Shown here: in pieces, positions 48,532 through 57,400 of the stretch
Layout: every line of letters starts with the position of its first letter
Position numbering within the stretch: the stretch's first letter is position 1
Virus record (IMG/VR): IMGVR_UViG_3300025853_000056
From: an uncultured virus (IMG/VR IMGVR_UViG_3300025853_000056)
Taxonomy: Duplodnaviria > Heunggongvirae > Uroviricota > Caudoviricetes
DNA length: 64,000 bases
Direction: 5' to 3' (one strand)
Made by a program: the position numbers and the translations under genes
Notes under the pieces: model-generated
The model's input: the letters and a program-made list of their open reading frames with translations, nothing else
Databases searched by the model: none
What the model was told of the DNA's origin: nothing

Positions 48532-49115
48532 AAAGTAATGTTATTTAATTCTTTAAATTTTTTTTCGTATTTATTTATAAGAGCAGATATGTACTGAACA
48601 TTTCTAAATCTTAATCCGCGATTTACTTGTTTTTTGGATTGGATGCCAAGTCCTGATCTACTTCCTCTTGATTTTTTTAAATAATATCCCAATCCAGATA
48701 TACCTCTTTCAATTCCTCTCGCCCAACTTCTTCCAGCTGCCCAAGGCATGGGTGTGACGGCAAATATCATTTTAGCTGTGGGAATGTCAAACGTAGCTTT
48801 TGCAATGCCAGAATCTCCAGCAGCTAATCTAAATAAAGATTTATTCAATAATTCTCTGATAGGTTGAATAGGGTTATAGCCAGCATCAAACCCTATAAAA
48901 GAAAATAAATTTGTTCTGCCATTCAATGTCCCTGATATATTTGAAGCATCAATTCCAGCTTCTATTTCTCTTGTAACTGGGTGAGTCTCAAACTCTTCGA
49001 TCATTTCTCTTTTTATTTCTTCAAATTTATTTTTTAATAAATTTTTTCTAGCTTTTACAAAAGTAGAATCTTTTTCTAAATCTTTTATTAATTTTTTATA
49101 TGCTGGGTCCATCAA
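48528..49115 (-). CDS. Putative neck/tail completion protein
   Basis: Basic C-terminus; position in the neck operon. Confidence 0.45.
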   Translation of the reverse strand: MMDPAYKKLIKDLEKDSTFVKARKNLLKNKFEEIKREMIEEFETHPVTREIEAGIDASNISGTLNGRTNLFSFIGFDAGYNPIQPIRELLNKSLFRLAAGDSGIAKATFDIPTAKMIFAVTPMPWAAGRSWARGIERGISGLGYYLKKSRGSRSGLGIQSKKQVNRGLRFRNVQYISALINKYEKKFKELNNITL

Positions 49116-49570
49116 TCTTCAGGTTTTAAATATAAAGTATAATATTGATTATCAAATAAACCGTGCGGCCTAAAAGATGAATCAACAACATATCTTTTAC
49201 CATCTAAATCAATTCTTTTTGCATCTTTTATATAGCTGTAATCAGTAGCAGAAATCTTTAATCTGACGCTTCCTACTATGGCATCTATTTTAAATTGAGC
49301 ATCGACGCCGGGGCTAGACCAATATTTTTTAGTTATATCGTCTTGATATTGGATTCTCGCCTTAAAAGTCTTATAAACTGGTGTATTTATGTATGAAGTA
49401 GTACTTCCATCTCCAGTGTCATATAAAGGATTAAAATTAGGATCAGTTATAATAACAACTTTTGAAGCTTCTTTATAAACGGTAATGTTACGAGCAAATG
49501 TTTCGTGAACATCATCAATTATCGAATTCAATGCTGCTTTCTCAGATGCTGATATTAAGCTTGTCGCCAT
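49112..49570 (-). CDS. Putative head closure (stopper) protein
   Basis: 152-aa beta-rich, RIDLDGKRYVV; first gene of the neck operon. Confidence 0.45.
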   Translation of the reverse strand: MATSLISASEKAALNSIIDDVHETFARNITVYKEASKVVIITDPNFNPLYDTGDGSTTSYINTPVYKTFKARIQYQDDITKKYWSSPGVDAQFKIDAIVGSVRLKISATDYSYIKDAKRIDLDGKRYVVDSSFRPHGLFDNQYYTLYLKPED

Positions 49571-49634
49571 ATTTATATTTACACTGGTTGAAAAACTTTA
49601 GAATTATTAATATTATATACATATAGCAAAAACT

Positions 49635-50468
49635 ATGGCCAAAGTTTTACACACATTTAAAATTAAAAGACTTGCTGAAATCGAGGAAGAAAGGGAAGAG
49701 AAAGTGAAGAATGAGTCTGGGGAAGAAACGACTCGCACTTATAAAGAAAAAGTTTCCAAAGAAATTCCTGTTGAAATTAAAATCAATCAGCCTTCGCGCC
49801 GACAAATGCAGGAAGCTGATATGGAGTTTAGTGTCGAAATGAGCAGATGCATTCGCAGCGGTATCTTAACTAAAGCGATGCTTTTAAATAAATATTCAGA
49901 TACTGGGGGGTTGATTAGCGAGTCAGATGCTAAAACAATGGTAAATGCGGCAGATGAATTAAGAGATCTGCAAGCAGAATTAACTATTTTAAATTTAAAA
50001 CCAGAATCAGAAAGAACTGATAAAGAGAAGGCTAAGATGCATGATCTTACTTCTACTATTTTAGCTAAGCGTAAAACTTTGATGGAAAAAGAAACGAGTT
50101 ATATCACTCTTTTTAATCATACCGCCGATATTAAAGCTCAAAATAGAGCTATTTTATGGTACATTTTAAGTTTGACTTATTATAAGGATGAAACTATTGG
50201 AAGCGAATTTCAACCTTTATTCCCCGGAAAAAACTTCGAACAGCGTGAAGCTGTGATGTTTGATTATGAAGATTCAGAGAATGAAATTTACAATAAATGC
50301 TATAGCAAGCTAGCTAGTATTGTGAGTCATTGGTTTTTTACTAGTAATGTAGATAGTGAAGAATTCGATAGAATTATTCAAGAAATAGATGGACCAGAAG
50401 AACCAGAACCAGAGCCAGAAGAAGTATCAGGAGAATCAGGAGAATCCGATAACTCAAGAGAAGAGTGA
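49635..50468 (+). CDS. Putative tail assembly chaperone
   Basis: Position between tube and tape measure. Confidence 0.5.
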   Translation: MAKVLHTFKIKRLAEIEEEREEKVKNESGEETTRTYKEKVSKEIPVEIKINQPSRRQMQEADMEFSVEMSRCIRSGILTKAMLLNKYSDTGGLISESDAKTMVNAADELRDLQAELTILNLKPESERTDKEKAKMHDLTSTILAKRKTLMEKETSYITLFNHTADIKAQNRAILWYILSLTYYKDETIGSEFQPLFPGKNFEQREAVMFDYEDSENEIYNKCYSKLASIVSHWFFTSNVDSEEFDRIIQEIDGPEEPEPEPEEVSGESGESDNSREE

Positions 50469-51444
50469 TTCTTTAAGAAGGGCTTTCAGGGATATTAAAA
50501 GAGGATTCTCTAAGATACACATCTTAGGGAATTCTTTTTATTTAAAGCATATATCTTTTGATGATCAAATAGATATTGATGATGTGTATGATAAATATTT
50601 CAAAGAAGCTCAAGATAGAGGAGTTCCTACACATGAAGAAACTCTTGAAAGACTCAAAGAAGAAGGAGAATGGAGCGACAAGCAAGAAGGAAGAATAAAA
50701 CAGCAAGAAGATTTTGTTCAACAGCTAAGAAATAATAAAAAAGTTCAGTATCTAAAAAAAGAAATTCAAAGATTAAATAAAGATATTGCTGATGGAATTA
50801 AAAAGCTGAACGAAATGAAAAATGAAAGGGCGGCGCTATTTTCGAGAACGGCTGAATCTTACGCTGAAGAAAGAGTAAATGATTTTTATATTTTAAAATG
50901 TTTATATAAAGATTCTAAATTAACAGATTTGGCTTATTCTGAAGAAGAGTTCGATGATATCGACTCTGAGGATCTGTTTGAAATTATAAAAGAATATAAT
51001 AAAGTATATTCTAACATTAACGATGAATCTATTCAGTTTATTGTTTTACAGGATTTTTACAATTTGTTCATGCCTTTTGCTGAACACGCTCATGAATTTT
51101 ATGGTAAACCTGTCTGTGATTTAAGCTACAATCAATTAAAACTCCTTATTTATTCAAGATATTTTAAAAATATTTTCAGTAATAATGATAAGATGCCTGA
51201 TCACATCAAAAAAGACCCTGAAAAAATCATTGATTATGTCAATGCAAATGAAAATGCTAGGAAGCTAGTAGATAAAAAAGGAGAGAAGGAAAATGCCGCT
51301 CAAACTCTTGTGGGAGCGACAGAAGAAGATATGGAATACATTGGCTTCAAAGCTAAAGGAGAAAAAACCACTTCTCTAGCAGAAGAAGCTAAAAAGAAGG
51401 GCGGCTCACTTTCTATGGAAGATATGATGAAATTGTTTGGATAA
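50389..51444 (+). CDS. Putative second tail assembly chaperone
   Basis: Position immediately before the tape measure; overlaps the previous gene by 80 nt. Confidence 0.45.
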   Translation: MDQKNQNQSQKKYQENQENPITQEKSDSLRRAFRDIKRGFSKIHILGNSFYLKHISFDDQIDIDDVYDKYFKEAQDRGVPTHEETLERLKEEGEWSDKQEGRIKQQEDFVQQLRNNKKVQYLKKEIQRLNKDIADGIKKLNEMKNERAALFSRTAESYAEERVNDFYILKCLYKDSKLTDLAYSEEEFDDIDSEDLFEIIKEYNKVYSNINDESIQFIVLQDFYNLFMPFAEHAHEFYGKPVCDLSYNQLKLLIYSRYFKNIFSNNDKMPDHIKKDPEKIIDYVNANENARKLVDKKGEKENAAQTLVGATEEDMEYIGFKAKGEKTTSLAEEAKKKGGSLSMEDMMKLFG

Positions 51445-51482
51445 CATGAATTTATATTATTTTTTAGTGTAAATAGTGTAGT

Positions 51483-54400
51483 ATGCCAGTTCAAGTCAAT
51501 GTAGCAGCCGATCAACAGAATTTAATTAATTCTATTGAGAGAGGGGTACGAGCTTATAATCAAAGATTTTCGAAGAGTAATACGATTAATCTTAATATTA
51601 ATGAGCGAGGTTTTACTCAGCCATTGGGTCGAATTACTGGTGCCGTTAATGATTTCGAATCAGCGATGGCAGCTTCTAATGCGCGTGTTATTGCTTTCGG
51701 TGCGTCTACTGCTGTGCTGGGTACTGCTATTGCTGGTTTTAGATCTTTAGCTAAAGCTAGTATTGAAGTTGAAAAGAATTTGGCAGATGTTAATCGTATT
51801 TTACAATTAAGCACTAGTGACCTTCAGACTTTCGGAAAAGAACTATTTAATATTAGTAAAAGAACTGCTACTTCTTTTAATGATGCTTCTAAGGCTTTGC
51901 TTGAATTCTCTCGTCAAGGTTTGAGCGCAGAAGAAACTCTAAGAAGAACTAATGATGCTTTGACGTTAACTCGTCTAGCTGGTTTGGGGGCTGAAGCATC
52001 TGTTGCTGCTTTAACTGCTACAGTTAACGGTTTCGCTAAAAGTGGTATTACGACAACTCAAGTTTTAAATAAATTAGTTGCAGTTGAACAGGCTTTTGCT
52101 GTTAGTGCGAGGGACTTATCTGAAGGTCTATCCCGTACTGGTCAAGCCGCTCAAGAAGCAGGAGTTAATATAGATCAATTAAATGCTTTAATTTCTGCAG
52201 CCCAACAGAGAACTGCTAGAGGTGGTGCTGTTATCGGTAACGCATTGAAAACAATTTTCACTCGTTTACAGCGTAGTGATACTCTCGATAGATTAGAAGA
52301 ATTTAATATTGCTGTTAGAGATGTTCAAGGTAATACTTTGCCAGCTACAACAGTTCTACAAAATTTCGCTGCAGCTTATAATAGATTAGCTGATGCTCAA
52401 AGAGCTCAATTATCAGAACAAGTCGCTGGTGTTTATCAAGTCAATATTTTAAAAGCTATTGTAAGCGATTTAAATTCAGAGCAAAGTATTTATAACGCAG
52501 CTTTGATAAAAGGGGCCAGCGCAACAAATGAAGCTTCAAGAGCTAACGCTCAATTAAATCAAACTTTGTCTGCATTACTTGTTCAGGTCGGAAATAATAC
52601 TCAGCAACTAGCTTCAACAATTGGTAGTGTTACATTTGAACCTTTAGCTAAAAGCGCGGCCAAAGCAGCTAATTCTATAGTTGAAGCTATTACAGATGTA
52701 ATTACCGGAGAAGGACTAGGGAGTGATTTGGCTAATGGTTTATTGAAAGGTATCAGAAATGTTTTAGCTGGTCCCGGCGCTATCGCTGCTTTTTATACTC
52801 TATTTAAATTAGTTCAAAGTTCTTTCACTTATGTAGCTCAAGCATTACCTCAGATAGCTGGCATAACAACCGAAACACAAAAAAGACAAAATTTAGAACA
52901 AGCCATTCTTGGCATATTGCAATCAGAAAATAATATATCTAAATCTATTTTAGGTAATACTGGAAATCAAAAAAGACAAGCAGAGATATTATTAGGTGTA
53001 GCGAGACAGCAGACAGCTCAGTATAGAGAACAGTTAGCTTTAGCAAATAGCTTGGCTGGAACTTTAAGAAATCAAGGAGTTTCTGTCGGAGCGAGAGGCT
53101 TACAAGCTGGAAGAACAAGAAGTGGGGGTTATATTCCTGCTTCAACAAGAATGGCTGAAAGAGCTGGCGCTTTTGCTGGTGGATATGCTCCGGGTAAAGT
53201 TGTTAATTCTCCTGTCGGGGGAGTGATGAATACTGCTGAAGATATTAAGTATATGCCCGGATTTGCTCAGCCATTTATTAATCCTCCTAAAAATTCTAGA
53301 GCAGGAAGATTGCATAGAGCAAATGCGGTGAGGCAAGTCGGTGTAGATCCTTATCAATATCGAGGGTTTGTTCCTAATTTTAGCTCTTTATCTTTAGGTA
53401 GCTTATCAAAATACAAAAGATCAAAAACAGAAATAGAACAATACGCTGATGTAGAAGGATCTAATATTAATACTAGAGATACTTTAGATTCTGGTTATGA
53501 CAAAATTATTAATTTTGATGCGACAAAAGTAAAAGGTTATGGAAAATTATTAACATCATCCGCGACTGGAAAAGCAAGTAAATCTTTTGGAGATAAATTT
53601 GAAAAAGCTATTTTAAAAGCTATAAAAACTAATAACGCAGCAGCTTTTGAAGGTGGGATTAGTCAGAGTTTAAGAAAACTTCAAGCCGCTCATAATTTAA
53701 AAGGAGGGTTTAGTTCTGCTATTGATTTTATGAGTGCAGACGCTTCTATTTTAGCAGAAGCAAAAGGAGGTTTTTATGATGATGCAGCTGGAGATAAGCC
53801 CCCTAGGGCTATAGCGGAGAATTTGAGAAGAGCTGAATTCGCTAGATTGTTTACGAGTCAAGGCCCAGAATACATAGATACAGAAAATATTTTAATACAA
53901 AATAAAAATTTTGGTTACGGTAAAAAGCAACAAGCTCGCTTAGAAAAAAATTATGGAAATATTAACGTAGATAAGACTTATCTTGTTAAAAGAAACAAAA
54001 ATTCTGGACATATTCCTAATTTTGCAGCTGGCTATAGAAATCCATTTACTGGCGCATTAAATAATGCTGCTATAGCAAGAGGTATTAGAACTGGAGCTTT
54101 AACTGAAAAACAAGCTCAAGAAATGGGATATGCTACTTCAAGCTCGAAGATAGGAGCAAGAAAAGCTAAAAGAGCTGCTGCTGTTGGAGCGTTAAATTAT
54201 CAAATGGTATATGTTCCTTGGGATATCGAAGGTTTTAGAGGAGGAAGAAGTGGGGGTAGGTTAAATATCGCTCAAGGAACAGCTTATGAAAGTTTTATTT
54301 TAAATTTACTCAGAAGTGGTCAATTAAAAGGAACCACTTCATTAGGTCAATCTTTTTCTCTTCCGGCTAGGCCAGATGTTGTTTCGTCTGCAGCTTTAAA

Positions 54401-57400
54401 AGGGGGGTCAAATGCTCGTATAGATGGTTATTCTTTATCTGCTGGTGAAATGTATGAAATGAAAGCTGGCGGCACTGGTAATACTGCTTCCGGTCTTCAG
54501 GATAAATTTATCAAAGCTATAGAAAATAATCCTGAAATTCTTAATCCAAAAAGAAAATGGAAAAACTATATTTTTAGGACCACCGCTGCTAAAGGAAGAG
54601 GCGCTAGTGGTGGATTCATTCCTAATCTTGCTTATAAAGGTGAAGTCATGGATCTCGAAGAATTTATTAGCGGTCAAAAAGCTATTTATTCTGAAACTCC
54701 ATTTCCTCATGTTAGAAATGCGAGCCAACCAACATTCGCATCTGCTATCGCAGATCATGGTGGTTTAGGTAATGCTTTAAAAGATTCTTATAGAAATCAA
54801 AGTGCTGCTGGAATGGTTTATGGAGGCTACGTTCCTAATTTCGCTCCTAAGGGTACTATAACAGCTAAAGCGGCAGGTATAGACAATTTATCGGCAGCTG
54901 GAAGTGAATTGCAAAAAACTTTTTATAAATTGCAAGGAGCAATGAGGAAATTAACACAAAGCACAGATTTAAGTACTAAACAGCGAGATATTTTGCGTCA
55001 AGACTTGAGGACTTATGCTAGAACTATTGACTCTGCAACAGGATCTACTAAAGCTTTAGATTCAGTTAATAAAGCTTTAGCGAATTCTAAAAAGAAAAAT
55101 AAAGCTGCAGTAGATACAAATACATCTGCGACAAAGAAAAATACAAGTAGTGGTAGAGGTGGAGGAGGAGGTTTATTGGGATCAGGAGGAAGAACGGCTT
55201 TAGCGTTTGGTGGACCTATGATTGCTGGTTTAATAGAACAAGCAGCTTTTGGGAATAGGCAAAGAATTGATTTATCAGAAAATGAAAGAGCTGTTCAAAG
55301 TACATTGAGTACAGGTTTAACTTCTATATCAACGGGTTTTGCGATAGCGGGACCAATAGGGGCTTTAGCTGGGGCTGCTGTTGGAGCAGCTTCTGCTATA
55401 AATGCAATGTCATTAACAGCAGAAGAGTATACTCAGCTTGCTGATAAATTTAATTCTACTACACAAGAAAACGCCGCAGCAGCTAAACAGTACATCGAGG
55501 CTCAAAAATCAATGGCATCTTCTTTGTCTGGAGAAGATTTTCAGTTAGCTTCTGATTCAGCCGCACAAGCTTTAAAAAAGATAAAAGATGTGAATTTGCA
55601 AAAATCTTTTGAAGCCGCTGGAAATGATGTTAAAAAATTAACAGAATCTTTAAAAACTTACGAACAAACTAGACTTTCAGGCTTAAATAGAGCTAATCAA
55701 TTAGCTTTATCAAAACAAACTGGAGAAGCCAATGAGACAGGTTTTATAGCGTCTATTCTTCAGTTAGAAGAATTTTTTCCTACAACTAAAAGAAGATCTG
55801 GGGCTTTGCAAAATTTAGGTTATAGGACTGACGTTTCTGAAACAGGATCGATAACTTTAAATGAGGGTTCTAGGTCTAAGGTTTTAAGGGATTACTTTCA
55901 GCTTTTTGATGATTTAAGTGAAGTAACAGAAGGAGAATTAGATGATTTTGTTAAATTAATTGAAGAGCAGAAATCTAATAAATTTTTTGACACAGATGCT
56001 GTTGCTAGATTTTTTCAAGATGTGGCTGGTTTAGATTTTGTAGACGCTCAATCTAATGCAGATTTACTTGATATTTTAGAGGACGGAAGCAATGTTGTTG
56101 GGCAATTTATTTTTAAAAATTTTAAAAGTTTAGTTGATGATATTAAAGCCAAAGATTTTGAAGTCAATTTAGGAAAAATTCTCTCTGAAAGCAGGGGTGC
56201 TGCGGCTGACAATTTTAATAATATATTTAGGTCTATAAATGATTCATTTGACAGGATATCAAACGAAACATTAAACGTTTTAGAGCAAGCTAGATCTGAT
56301 CAACAAATAAATAAAACTATACTAGATTTTACTACTTCTTTTACTGATAGTATTTCTTCTTTTGTTTCTAGCAATTTGCCAGATTTAGAAAGATATCAAT
56401 TCGCTCAGTCTGCAGCTAGGCAAAAAGCAAATAATCAGTTAGCTCAATTAGCACAAGATTCAGATAATTTTGAGCAAAATCAAATAAATCAAAGAAGGCA
56501 AGCGCTAGAAAAGAATGCAGACGAGATATCCGCTTCTTTTGAAAAGAATTTATTTCAATCTCAAGCTGTTGGTGAGATTTTTAGAGATAGAATATTGCCG
56601 CAGTTAAAACAAGGCAATTATAATATAAATATAGATGAAATACAAAAACAGTCTCAAAAAGATGCTGTATTGGAATTTAATAAGAAATATTTTTCAGAAT
56701 ATCCTCAAGTTGGGATTTTTGGGGAAGTTAATGATGTCGGTCAATTAACGGATAATGCTTATGGTAATTTATCACAAGAAGAAGCATCGAAGAGAATCAA
56801 GAAAGAAACAGCTAGAATAGAAAAACAGTTAGAGTATTTGAATAGGGTTAAAGGTGGTGCTGAACCTTCTTATGAAGGTTCAGTTGAGACCGCTCAAAAG
56901 CAATATGATAAATTAATTCAAAAAGCTAAAGATTTACAGGAACTTGAGAAAGCTGTAGGCTTAACACAAGAAGAAAAGTCTAAAGCTGAATTAGAATCTT
57001 TATTAAAAAGAAAACAAGACGAGCAAAAATTATTTGAAGCGTCAGCAGCGAATGCTAAAAAAGAATTTGAACTTAATAAAGCTTTATCTGAGCAAAGGAT
57101 AAAAGCCGAAGAAACTTTAGCTGTTCAGAAAGCAAGAATAGATGAGAAAAATTTAGCTAGAACCAGAGCCGCCGAAATAACTTCTTCGAGATTAGGATTT
57201 GCTTCAAACATAGATCAAGCGAGAAGGAGAGAGCAAATAGCTCTTTCAGAAGATGCTATGAATGATCCGAGGGCTAATTATGGTTTAGGATTGAAAGAAA
57301 TTACAGAAAGAAGAATTAAGGCTGAAGAAGATATAATTCAACAGAGAAGGGCAGCAGAAGATGCTCAATTAGATATTGAAATGAAGCAATCTTATTTGAG

